DNA of 64,000 nt from Zygnema circumcarinatum SAG 698-1b (taxonomy: Eukaryota; Plantae; Zygnematophyceae): positions 4,216,001-4,280,000 of the forward strand of contig CM074806.1 in NCBI GenBank assembly GCA_037447605.1, in the 5' to 3' direction. The notes beneath the pieces were generated by a model that saw only the letters and a list, made by a program, of their open reading frames with translations, was not told the DNA's origin and searched no databases. Position numbers and translations under genes: made by a program. Within the stretch, counting starts at the first letter, position 1; the number at the start of each line of letters is the position of its first letter. This document shows, in pieces, positions 32,471-49,654 of this stretch.

Positions 32471-32761
32471 GCTCTCGCTCTCCCGCTCGAGAGGGAGAGG
32501 GAGAAAGAGGGAGAGAGCGGGAGAGAGGGAGAGAGGAAGAGGGAAGGGGCGAGAGAAAGGGAGAGAGGAAGAGAGGGAGGGGGGGAGAGGGAGAAAGGGA
32601 GAGAGGAAGAGAGGGAGGGGGGGAGAGAGAGAAAGGGAGAGCAGGAGCGAGGGAGAGAGGGAGGGGGGGAGAGGGAGAGAGGGAGAGGGGAAGAGAGGGA
32701 GAGGGGGAGGGAGAAGGGAGGGAGAAGGGAGGGAGAGGCCGGAGAAAGAGAAGGCGCGGAA

Positions 32762-32797
32762 TTAGGGTTAGGGTTAGGGTTAGGGTTAGAGTTAGAG
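32762..32797 (+). repeat. Interstitial telomere-type repeat (TTAGGG)4(TTAGAG)2 upstream of SF3B4 (telo-box like)
   Basis: Direct reading; lies ~290 bp upstream of the SF3B4 ATG. Confidence 0.85.
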
Positions 32798-32985
32798 CTG
32801 GAGTCAAGCGCACAGGTCGCAGGGTCGAATCTCACTCTTTGCACTTCGCCGTGAAAAAAAAAAAAAAATTGCCTTCAACTTCATTCAAGCATTACTGACG
32901 TGGCTGAATCTTGATGACGTCACTTAACAAGTACGGACGGTTGAAATCGAGCAGTTTGAAGCGAGCTGATAAGGAAAAAAAATAA

Positions 32986-33923
32986 GGGTAGTGATATTTC
33001 CACCCCTTTTTTGGATCCAAACACCCCTTCCCGGCCGGGCAGATTTCAAAATGGATTAAAAACGGAAAATGCTTTTTTCACACCTTTTGGAATCGATACC
33101 ACCCTCCATCGGCAGATTTTATTTCTGCGAAACAAGGAAAATGATAACCCGTCACATTTGAATATCCCGCCTACCTGAATTTTTATTCACGCGTGCGGTC
33201 AATCGCAGCCGTCGATTCCCTCGCAGATCGCAACACAGCAGATCATTTGATTCGGCAGCCGGGCTCGGTCACAGCGCATGGCACGTGTCCACGTATCCCG
33301 CCAAAGTCCACTCAAATGTTTGTCGGTACACATTTCGTACGGTCGCAACTTGAGGAACCCAAGTTTTCGTACATTGAGATCTTAGACCAATCAAAAAGTT
33401 CCACGTCAAAAATGTAACACGTGGCAGATGATGATTGGCTGGGAGCTAACAATGACGAGATCTCGGGCCGAGGGACAAGCGCACTCGCACGTGCGATTTG
33501 GCTTTGACGGGACTCGTGGGCGCTTTCCATTCGCTAAGATCGAGCCGGCTGCAGATCGAACGGTGATCTGCAGTGGTGTGATCTGCGAGGGAATCGACAG
33601 CTGCGATTGACACACACGTGTGAAGGACGGACACCCGCGAACGATCTCGTGGCGGACGGATCTTCCGCTCTGAGCGAATTCGGGCAAGCAGACATTTCTT
33701 TCCCTCAAAAAAAAATTCAGGGAGGTGGGATACAGTATTCAAAATGCGGTGACGGGGTATCATTTTCCTTGGTTAGCAAAAATAAAATCAGCCGACGGAA
33801 GAAGGTGGGTATCGATTCCAAAAAGGTGTGTAAGAAGCATTTTCTGTTTTTAATCCCTTTTGAAATCTGCCCGGCCGGGAAGGGGTGTTTGGATCCAAAA
33901 AAGGGGTGGAAATAACACTACCC
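32986..33923. mobile_element. Foldback MITE, copy 2 (938 bp, opposite orientation to copy 1)
   Basis: Same TIRs (GGGTAGTGATATTTCC...GGAAATAACACTACCC) and homologous interior; 8-bp TSD AAAAATAA at 32978-32985 and 33924-33931. Confidence 0.92.
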
Positions 33924-34424
33924 AAAAATAAAACTTGCTTCGGAGTTGGAAACTTTCCGCCTCGGTTTGCAACTTGGGAGCTTCAACCAGTTGAACCAGG
34001 TTGAACCATAGAAACAATTATTAAACCGTACGCCACCCCATAAAATAAAACTGGAATAAAATTGTACATAAATCGCAGAAGCTGACCATCGCCATCCGAT
34101 CGCCTATGGCAGAAAATTCAGCCGTCCGATTCAGTTTTTTCCGATTTATTATTTAATTTATCATCCATCCCAAAACTCAACTTTTCGAGATTTTTGTCAA
34201 CCATAGATACCTCCCGTTTGAGCGGAACCGGTAGACCGTCAACGGAACGGCCCCCGCGCACATGGAGCGCCCTGAACGCTGACAGGACCCCTCCGGCGCC
34301 TTTCCCCGCCGGGCGGTTCCACGTCTCCCCCGCGCGAGGGAGAATTGAGGGTTGAAGGGTTTAAGGGTTTTAGGGTTCTTCCGGGTGCAAGGATTCAGTG
34401 CCCGAGCATTTGACGGTGGACGGC

Positions 34425-37206
34425 ATGGCCGCGGCCCATGCGGCGGCATGGCCATGGCCGTGGGCCCATGCGGATGCGTATGCATGCCATGCCGCGCATG
34501 TGCCCCGGGCCATGCATGTGTGCGCGCTGATGGGTGGGGATAGCCATGGCCATGCCATGGCCATGCATGGCCGGGGCATGACCATGGGGAGGGAGCTGCG
34601 GAGGAGGGCGGAGGAGGGCGCGCGGGGGAGAGGGAAGGGGAGGGGGCGGAGGGGGCTGCTCCTTGTGCGCGCATTGGATGCCGCCATGCCCTTCGACTAT
34701 GAGGCTATTCAGGTATGGGAATTAGGGTTTGCAGGGGTGGGGCGTGTGGAAAGGGTATGACGTGACGTGACGTGACATGATGTTGTTTAGTTTAATCTTG
34801 CTCATTCTAATGTTGTTTAGGGTGAATGTACCTCACGTTGTTGGTGTTGGGGGGAAGAGGGTCGGAGGTCCATGCTTGGGACTTTACAATGTAGCCTTGG
34901 CTTTGAAAGAATCCAGCATCCTTACATCTTTACTCTCAACATGAAAATATATCCTTAGAAATGACCAGTTGTTCAAAGAGTCACAATAGTCTGCTTTCTT
35001 TTTCATTGCGATGCCTTCTTTAATTTGGGACGCTTTTCAAAGCATATTTTCTTGCCCCCAATTTTTTCCTTCTCCCTCCCTCGTCCCCTCTACCCTTCCC
35101 ACTCACTCCGCCTCTCCCTCGCTCCCCACTCCCGCCAATCGACCCTTTAAGTGACCCTTTTCGTGGTATTTCTGGGGGTATAGAAACGTCAGCTTGAGAC
35201 CCTGAACCGCTTAAAGATCGGCATTGTCGGCTTCGGAAATTTTGGGCAGTTCATCGCTCAAAGAATTATTCGACAGAACCACTCAGTCATCGCTCTCTCG
35301 CGAGGTGACTACCGCAAGGTGGCGACGGAAATGGGGGTTACTTTCTTCAGGTGAGAATTCAAACTCTTCTACGTCGCGATTTGTTTAGGAAACACCTTCT
35401 TAATCCTGGCATTTTCACTGTGAGGAAAGGGACAAAGTTCTGATGGAAGCATCATTTCGCATGGGCCGGGGTGGTGGGGCTCTTTTTCTTTTTTTTTCTT
35501 TTTATTGGGTTGGGTGGGGGGGGGGAATGGTGGGAGGGAGGGAGGCTGCTGGCAGAGATGCAGACGATTTTTGTGAAGAACATCCCGAAGTTGTGATTGT
35601 CGCCACATCTATTCTCTCCACTGCAAAAGTTCTGAAATCCCTCCCTCTGCAACGCTTGAAGCGGAGCACCCTCTTCGTCGATGTGCTGTCCGTGAAAGAG
35701 TTCCCAAAAAATCTCTTCCTGCAGGTGCATATGCGCTGCACTTAATGTAGCCAATGAAGCCTATTTTCGTAAGTTCTAAGGGTTATCTGAAACTGAAATG
35801 TAGAACCTGCGACCATTAACTTTACCGGAATCGATTGTGGGAGGGGCGGTTTGTTGAAGCAGGAACTGCCCTTCAACTTCGATGTGCTGTGCACCCATCC
35901 CATGTTCGGTCCTGAGAGTGGTAAAGGCTCCTGGCAAGGCCTTCCCTTTGTTTACGACAAAGTTCGGATCAGTGACGTGACGCAAAGCCAACAGAGATGC
36001 AGTCGATTTCTACAAATATTCGAGAAAGAGGTGAGCAATGAATGCCATTTTGGGGACCAATTTTTTCTATGTAGGTTTCTATGAGTACAGAAGTAAGGTG
36101 GAGGATGCGTATTTTTAGGGTTTGAGTGGTGCTGGAGGTGCATGCAGGGTTGCCGCATGGTGGAAATGTCCTGTGAGGAGCATGATAAGCATGCAGCAGG
36201 CAGCCAATTTGTGACGCATACAGTGGGCAGGTGAGAATTACTCTTGGTTCAAAGGAATCCAATGTTCCATGTTCTGTTTATTGTGTTGCTGTTGATATCA
36301 CCTTCACTGTTCTGTGTTGTCCGATGTTCGTTTTGTTGCTGTTTTTGTTTTTTTAACGCTATGTCATGTTCCATGTAGCTGTGTTGTTTTACGTGAACGC
36401 CTCAATATGTTAGTTTACAGTTGGCAGTTTCAGTTACTGATTATGTGCGGCTGTTCCATGGCTTGGCAGAGTTCTTGGAAACTTGCAGTTGGAATCAACT
36501 CCCATCAACACGAAAGGATACGAAACTCTCCTGCAGCTTGTGAGGGGCGTCAACCATAATCTTGCTTCTGATTTGACATCTAGAGCAGGGCTGAGAAGCA
36601 AATGGTTCAAAACCCAACCGATTCTTTTTCTTACAAACAAATATATTTCTTTTCTTTCGTTTTGGAGCCCCACATCGTCTCCCCTTTGCCTCTAATTCGC
36701 TCTCTCCCTCTCTCTCTTTGGGCAGGTGGAGAACACTACGGGAGATAGCTTTGACCTCTACTACGGACTCTTCATGTATAACGTGAACGCTACTGAACAG
36801 GTTCCTGCTCTGACCTTACCGCCCGTTCTCGGTTTCTAGTCGACATTTTTTTGAACGGATTTTGCGAAACTGAAGACATGGACATGGGGCTCTTGTGGGG
36901 TGTGGGGGGGTGCAGCTGAACAACTTGGAGCGAGCCTTTGATGAAGTGAAGAAGCAGCTCTTCGGGCAGCTGCATGATGTGTTAAGGGCGCAGCTTTTTG
37001 ACACGGAGGGGCGACACGTGTCGAAGCCGGAGGCTCCGGCGGGGCTTCTAGCGCCTCCCACTGAGAATGGGAGCGTTTGGGGAGGAGAGAGGGGAGGGAG
37101 AGAGAGGGAGGGAGGAGCGACGGAGGTGGTGAGCCATGGGAGTGGCGAAAGAAGCCCACATGCGGAGAAGCAGGGCCGTTGGAACAATGAAGTGGGTGGA
37201 AATTAG
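34425..37206 (+). CDS. TyrA: Arogenate dehydrogenase (plant TyrA, single domain), ~436 aa; exons 34425-34712, 35184-35350, 35556-35724, 35863-36030, 36148-36230, 36470-36539, 36726-36800, 36916-37206
   Basis: RALDAAMPFDYE, Rossmann motif KIGIVGFGNFGQF, FVDVLSVKEFPK, LCTHPMFGPESGK, MSCEEHDKHAAGSQFVTH, STPINTKGYETLL, GDSFDLYYGLFMYN; 1311 nt in frame. The exact start ATG is uncertain. Confidence 0.95.
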
Positions 37207-37304
37207 GGCACGGTGTTGGCTCGGGCATTCATTCTGATGATGAATAATGATGATGGAAGGGTTCATATAAGATGGCGCGTGTGAGGATTCTTGTCCCTCC
37301 CTTC

Positions 37305-37930
37305 CTTTCGTCACCTCCCTCTTTCTCCCTTTCGTCACCTCCCACTTTCTCCCTTTCGTCACCTCCCTCTTTCTCCCTTTCGTCACCTCCCTCTTTCTCC
37401 CTTTCGTCACCTCCCTCTTTCTCCCTTTCGTCACCTCCCTCTCCCTCCCTTTCGTCACCTCCCTCTTTCTCCCTTTCTCTGCCCCACTCACCTCCCTCTC
37501 CCTCACCTCCCTCTTTCTCCCTTTCTCTCACCTCCCTCTCCCTCCCTTTCGTCACCTCCCTCTCCCTCCCTTTCGTCACCTCCCTCTCCCTCCCTTTCGT
37601 CACCTCCCTCTCCCTCCCTTTCGTCACCTCCCTTTCGTCACCTCCCTCACCTCCCTTTTCACCTCCTCTCCCTCCCTTTCGTCACCTCCCTCCCTCCCTT
37701 TCGTCACCTCCCTCTCTCCCTCCGTTTCGTCACCTCCCCTCTCCCTCCCTTTCGTCTCCCTCTCCCTTTCGTCACCTCCCTCTCCCTCCCTTTCGTCACC
37801 TCCCTCTCCCTCCCTTTCGTCACCTCCCTCTCCCTCCCTTTCGTCACCTCCCTCTCCCTCCCTTTCGTCACCTCCCTCTCCCTCCCTTTCGTCACCTCCC
37901 TCTCCCTTCCTGTCCTCACCTCCCTCTCCC
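37305..37930 (+). repeat. ~24-bp minisatellite (TTTCGTCACCTCCCTCT[CCCTCCC/TTCTCCC]) downstream of TyrA
   Basis: More than 20 degenerate copies of TTTCGTCACCTCCC, separated by pyrimidine runs. Confidence 0.9.
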
Positions 37931-38272
37931 GCTACTTCTCCACAACAATATCTGAGAGACTGATATTGCCTCTCAGACAGTGTAACGTAAACTCTCGAAC
38001 AGTGAAGAGTAGATTGAACATTAAATATACCCAAAAGCCAAACCAAGTACCCAAAAAATCCCAATTTTCAACTCTCGCCCTTGCCAGGCATACCCCAGCC
38101 CCGCATCGGCAGGGAAGCCTCGAGGTTTGATCGGCGGCACATGCCCACGTTAGCAGTTGCGTTTCAAGCTAAACTGCGTCCGAACGCGCAGCAATTTCCG
38201 CACATGTGACCGCCGGCAACTCCGCAAGTCCGTTCCAACGGGCCGATGCCTGGACGCGATTTTGGCGCCAAA

Positions 38273-38419
38273 GTACGAAAATGTGTACGGGACGTCTATG
38301 TACGGACACAGTCGCTTGACATGACGATCCGTACGAAACAATGTTGTGACAGTAGCGTTGGTATGGTGTGTATGTTAGTCATTGTACGAATTGTGTACGA
38401 AACTGTACGGTAATGTACG
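38273..38419. promoter_or_regulatory. Cluster of 8 GTACG motifs upstream of the fusion gene
   Basis: GTACG at 38273, 38285, 38300, 38331, 38384, 38395, 38405 and 38415. GTAC is the SBP/SPL-domain binding core. A regulatory function is inferred. Confidence 0.45.
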
Positions 38420-39284
38420 AATGTCCCCCTCACCCCCAATTGCTCTCACTCTCGGCGCCATGGCTGCGGGAAGGAAGGAGAGAGTGCGGCTTTGCGTTGA
38501 AAGGGAAAGGTAAGGTAAGCCTCTCGCACGGCTCTCAGGGAGGCAGGGAGAGGGGGAGAGAGGGAGGTAGGGAGACAGAGAAGGATGGAAGGAGAGGGAG
38601 GGGGGAGGCGAGGGGGGGGAAGGGAGGAGAGGAGAGAGGGAGAGGTGAATTAGGGTGGGAGAGAGAGTGAGCTGCTGAGTGTGGGGTTTGAGAGAGAGAT
38701 ATATATATATGGAAAGGATTCGGGGGAGAAGTGTGAAGCGGTGAAGGATCGGAATGTGGAGAGGGGAGAGGAGGGAGATAGAGAGGGGCGATAAGTAACG
38801 GAGAGAGCGGGAGGAAAGAGAGAGAGATATATAGAACAGGCATGTCTCTCTTACGAAACGTTAATTCGTGCTCATAAAACCGACCCATTTCTTATTTTAA
38901 AGTTGAATAGCTACATCCTCAGCAGCCATTCACTTTATTTTTACGCGGAGACCAGACGTTCAAGAGAGAGAGGGAGAGAAAGAGAGTGAGCGAGAGAGAG
39001 AGGGGGAGGAGTGGGAGGAATGTTACATCAAGCATTGACTGTCGCAACTGCATTGCAGGCTTGGAGATTCACACAAGAAGAGGCCACCGGGTCATATGAA
39101 ATCATGAATCGAGAAATTTCCTTGGCAGGGTCAAATGTGCGGACTTGAAACATACATAAGCCTCGGAAATACCCTTCAAAGAAAGACTTCCGAATAAATT
39201 GGATGGTGGAAATCCTGCTTCAAGGGGAGGAAACGGAGGGTTTACCCTCAGACTCAGCTTCATGAGATTCGCCAAATTTTTCAA

Positions 39285-44687
<5,403 letters not shown>

Positions 44688-46473
44688 CCGCATGCATGGC
44701 ATGGCATGGCATGGTGCACAATGCGGCTAGGAGGGGAGCGGAGATCTCGTAGATGTGAATGCGACGCATGAAATTTTGTTCAAGTTTTTGCTGGCGTTGT
44801 TTGGTCTCCACTAGAAGGGAAGTGGAACTGATATGTAGATATTCCTTTGAAACGCAGAGTTGGGTTGTGCCGGATTACGATGGGCATGGGCATGGGCATG
44901 GGCATGTTGTCGGGGGAGCATGGATGTGGTGTGAGAACGAGTTGGGACTGACTGTAGTCACTCGCTGCTACGCTGGTCATTGTCAAAAGTGACTAACCAA
45001 GCCATGACTAACTTACGCCACCGACGAGTGACTGCCAGCTCATCGACAGTCTGGCACGCTGGCGTCAGGCCACACGACAGTTAAAGGTGTGCGCGTAGCC
45101 GAGGAGTCCTACTGCTGAGCTGGTATCCATGCTGTACGGTAGGGCTCCAGCTGTACGGCGCGCACATGGCCACCGGGCGGCTGCTGTTCGCGCTCGGCCC
45201 TTTTCGATGGCGACAAGCCGTTGTGTGCACTTGCCAACTATAAACGTGGCCCAATCCCCACAAAGTAATACACGTGTGAAAGCTGGCTGGCGTTTTTCCG
45301 ATGACATGTTCCCTTGTGCGGATCTTTCCGGCTGCTGCTCATTGGCCCCTCAGATTTACCAACACCTTTCTGGATATGCCTTTTGTCGTCACGTGGGCCC
45401 GTCACTGCGCGGCCGAAAGGATCGGGCGAATCTCCGTCATCGTCCGCTGTGGACCGGATCTTTGACTGACGGTCGAGTGTACAAAATCGAATCTGCAGCA
45501 ACTGTCAGCCAATGACTGCTTGCCAGCAACAAAGCTGTTGTATCAAATCCCCATCAAAGATACGAAAGATACGCAAGCGGTCGATCCTGACCGTATATTT
45601 TCGTCGTTTCGCGCCTGCTTGCGCCAATGCGCGCGCCTCTGTCCCCCCTTGCGCCGCCTCCGCGGCCGTTTCTTTCTCCAGGTCGCACCCACCGACACAA
45701 GATTCAGTCTGGATACGCTCCCCTTGTCCGTACGCACGGTAAAGTCCCAGTCCGGGGAGACCTATAAACTACACGCCAAAATGCCAACTGTAATCAATTT
45801 GTCTTATTAAAAACAGTTGTCTTTTGTACAAATTTTGAACTGGCCATTGCCGGATTCGTACGCTATGCGACAAAATTTCTGCACCCATTCGACTCGGCGC
45901 GAGAAAATTTAATTTGTCGTTTCTTTCGTACTTACACTCCTGGTTTTCGGCGGGGCCTCCTGCTAGGCAGATCATACGGCACCTGTACGAACATCTATAA
46001 GCACATGAGAACTGCATTACAAGTCTGTACGAACCAATAATAGAACGCGACGCCAACAGCTAAGACGGAAGTTTCAGTATGCAGCCGACAGATCGTCTCA
46101 GTCCAAAACGACATATCTTTAGATCTGGCAATCTCTCTATTTTGTCCTTCTCCTTCGTTGTTTGTACCGTAAGCCTTCCTACCGGATCCTCTCAGATCCT
46201 GTTCGTACATCCAGTCAGCCCTCGCCAGCTGCCTTCCGGCGCCTTCGTCAGAATCCAGCGCGCCGGCCGCATCCAGCGAGCTGCCACCTGGTGCCGCCGC
46301 GCTGAGCTGGCACGTACGAACGGGCGCCCGCCGACATCCAGACGCGCGCCAGCTCCCTCGCCGGCCCGGGGTCCCCATGGCCTTCCCTCCCTCCCTCCCT
46401 CTCTCTCCCGCCCTCCCTCTCACTCTCCCTCTCCTCTCCCTCCCTCACCCCCCCTCCCTGTCTCCTCCCTTGC

Positions 46474-47850
46474 ATGGCGGGCGCGTTCCCGGAGCTGTGC
46501 GCGAGTCCAAAGGGGAGGGCGTGGCTCACCAAAATTCCGATCCCTGTCCTCGCCGAAATGTTTTCCTCCCCGAACGGCGCGATGTGGCTGGTCGAAATTT
46601 TGCAGGAGGTGGGCCAAGCCCGGGAGACGCAGCCGCCGCCTGCCCCGAAAACTTTCCCGGCTTGCCCGCCCGTTCAAACTAATTCCGTTCCTGCCCCACT
46701 CTGCAGCTCCTTCCTCTTCAGCGACGCCGCCGGCGGCAGCGGGAGCTTGAACCCCGCTAGAAGGGGCGTCAAAACGGAGGGCTTTGAAAGTGCGGGACCC
46801 ATCGAGCGCATGGAAATGTCGGAAATTTTCGACTCTTTCGGGAGGGTTCAGAGCCGTACAGACATGCTGAAGGGGCTGAGGGAGCTCCTGCAGAGGGCGA
46901 AGGAGCTCTGCGAGCCGCCGCCTTTCAAGCCGTCTGCGCGGGAAGGGGGGGCGGCGGGCGGCAGGAGGCGGGCCTTTGGGGATTCCATGTCGAGGGGCAG
47001 TCTAACGGAACGGTCTCGCAACACGGAACAGGGGAGCCCCACAAAGGGATCTGGAAGCGGAAGCTTCCACGAAGGGGGGGAGCGCCTCGCTGCCCAGAAG
47101 CTGGCTATTGAGGGCAGGAGTTTGGGAGCTTTGGGGGCGGGTTCAGAGCTGAAGAGGAGGCGGCAGGAGGGTGAAGAGAAGAGGGTGGGGGATGATGTTC
47201 TTAACAAAAAGGTTCGCATGTTGGAGGGGAATCAGGCGGCGGGCGGGAGTCCCTCCTATGTGGGCCGGAAGAGTCATAGTTTAAGGGAGGCGATCTGTTG
47301 GGGAGTGAATGGGAATGCGATGAGTGTGGTGAAGTCGGAGGAGGAGTCAGGAGGTAGCAATTGTGAGACCGAAAACTCGGAAGATGAGGAAAGTGTGATT
47401 AACATCAGCAGCATTGATCGTACTAATAATAATAATAATACGAATAGCTACATTGCTAATAATGCTTCTAATACGAATACGAATGCGGCGATCGAATTAG
47501 GAGATAGTCTGTTCAAGAGATCGGCGGCCGGGAAGCAGACAGCGGACCCCAAGTGGGCTTTGGAGAGAGGCAGCTCCTTCACCTCGCAGTGGAAATACGG
47601 CGACGAGTCCGGCGGCTCCATGCGCGACAATCCTCCTCCTCCCAAGGAGGCCGGAACAAGAGGGGAATATTTCCGAGTGAATTCGGGAATCGCTGTGTCT
47701 GACGTCACGGTGCTGGAGGGGCTCCGGCGCGGAGAGGAGGGAGGGAAGAGGGAGGCGGAGGGGAAGGGGAAGGCGAGGGAGAGGGAGGAGGAGCCCGCCG
47801 GGAGGGGCCGGCAGGCAATGCCGCCCATCGATCTTGAACTTTGTTTATAG
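46474..47850 (+). CDS. Single-exon hypothetical protein, 458 aa, ending in an EAR-type motif (IDLELCL*)
   Basis: Long ATG-initiated ORF of mixed composition that is not repeat-derived, with C-terminal LxLxL/DLELxL. No other domain recognised. Confidence 0.7.
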   Translation: MAGAFPELCASPKGRAWLTKIPIPVLAEMFSSPNGAMWLVEILQEVGQARETQPPPAPKTFPACPPVQTNSVPAPLCSSFLFSDAAGGSGSLNPARRGVKTEGFESAGPIERMEMSEIFDSFGRVQSRTDMLKGLRELLQRAKELCEPPPFKPSAREGGAAGGRRRAFGDSMSRGSLTERSRNTEQGSPTKGSGSGSFHEGGERLAAQKLAIEGRSLGALGAGSELKRRRQEGEEKRVGDDVLNKKVRMLEGNQAAGGSPSYVGRKSHSLREAICWGVNGNAMSVVKSEEESGGSNCETENSEDEESVINISSIDRTNNNNNTNSYIANNASNTNTNAAIELGDSLFKRSAAGKQTADPKWALERGSSFTSQWKYGDESGGSMRDNPPPPKEAGTRGEYFRVNSGIAVSDVTVLEGLRRGEEGGKREAEGKGKAREREEEPAGRGRQAMPPIDLELCL

Positions 47851-48924
47851 AGGATCTGGATCGCTTTCTCTCCCCCCACTCCCTCCCTCTCTTTTTCTCC
47901 CTCTCACTCTTTCTCCCTCTCTCTCCCTCGCTCCCGCTCCCCCCCCCCTCTCCCTCGCTCCCGCTCCCCCCCCCCTCTCCCTCCCTCCCTCTCTCTCCCC
48001 CTCTCTCTCTCGCCCCCTCCATTTCTCTCTCTCTCTCACTCGCACTTGAGGTGGCTCCACCGACTTAGGCGTCGGCTGTATACTTAGTTTTGGTTTTTAT
48101 TTTTCAGTTCGTAGTTCAGCTCATAAAGCAAGCGCCGCCGTCTCATAGCGGCGGAGATAAAGCCAAAAAGGGCTCGCGTGCATTTAGTTCAACTCTTCGT
48201 CTCAATTTCGGACCTTCTCTTTTGAACATAAAATAAATGATAAAGGCTCTGTATTTTCAACTATCTGCTTCGGTTGCTGTCCCTTCATAATATAAACATG
48301 ACTTTTTGTCTCGTGTGTTTGCTGAAAGTTGTCGTTGAATTATGTTTTCTGAAAAGGTTTTGTTCCCAGATTTCAGATTATATTACACTTTTAAATCCAA
48401 ATAGTACAAAGGTTTGGCAATTATTGGTTGGTGACCCAGCCAACCATTGGCAATGGTTGCAGCCATTGCATCAAATGGTTTCCAACCATTGCCAGTGGCC
48501 TATGGCCACTCAAAACACTCAAAAACGAAGCAGAAGGGACGGGAGAAAAAGGAAAAGAATAAAAAAGAGTACAAAAGGGAGAGCTTTTGAAACAAGTCAA
48601 GTTTTATTCTCACTCCGCTTCAAACTCTGGAATGACAGTAAATTAATGCGAAAAAAAAAGCACAAGATTCTATCGCCAGATGCGCACCAATATACAAAAC
48701 CAACCCTAGAGAAACCCTAAAAATGCCAAAAAGAAACCTAAGTAGAAGAATCAGGTCCAACCCTAAAACGGGCCCCTGTTGAGAAACGACCCATAATATG
48801 CACAAACGGAGATTGAAGTGAAGATTTCCCCGTACTGAAGAAGCCCCATATTTTCAAGGCTTCGAAAAAATACGAACATCGAGACGCAGTACCCAATTAC
48901 TTTCTACAAAAAATACCAAATACT

Positions 48925-49306
48925 TTAAGCTTTCGCTTGGGGAATCGCCTTTTTTGCATAGTTTGAAAACCGTTCGAGATCGTTTTGAATAATGCCCTCC
49001 ACAATGGGAGATAGCGCCTGAAAACAGATGAAGAAAAACAAGTGAAAATTAGAAAAGGAGAGGGACAGGGCGTTGGGAATTCACGTATGCTAGAAGTAGA
49101 GGAGAAGGAAAGTTGTTCAATGGCAAAAAATGTAGACGAAAGTAAAGAAATAAAGAAAGGTAGCATAAGTCTTTAAAGGGAGGCCCTACCGATGCAAAGG
49201 GCGCAAGAACGCTGGGAACTTCGTACGATATCGTCAGCTGCAAGGAAGGACAGGGAGAGTGAGACACTCTCAAACAGGCTTACATGGCAGTGTCACAATG
49301 GGGGGG

Positions 49307-49348
<42 letters not shown>

Positions 49349-49622
49349 GCAAAGAGGGGGAGCGAGAGGGAGAGGGAAAGCCTAGAGCACAGGAGCACAG
49401 GCTATGTAAGACATGACAGAGAAGGGGATAGAAAGGGGAGGGGGTGAGAGAGAGAGAGAGAAGAGAGGGAGAGAGAGCAAAGAGGGGGAGCGAGAGGGAG
49501 AGGGAAAGCCTAGAGCACAGGAGCACAGGCTTTGCAAGACATGAGAGAGAAGGGGATAGAGAGGGGAGAGAGGGAGAAGGTGCAGGGGAAAAGAGAGAGA
49601 AAGAGCGAGAGTGAGAGAGAGA

Positions 49623-49654
<32 letters not shown>

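Noticed and set aside
32798-32845. tRNA-like T-loop motif GGGTCGAATC
   Set aside because: No acceptor or anticodon stems can be formed.
37229-38130. Repeat-peptide ORFs (FRHLPLPP, REVTKG) or a CRISPR
   Set aside because: These are translations of a minisatellite with no unique spacers and no cas genes, in a eukaryotic context.
49340-49566. ~127-bp tandem duplication in SRPBCC intron 5
   Set aside because: It is a real but ordinary local duplication within GA-rich intron DNA, with no functional signal.
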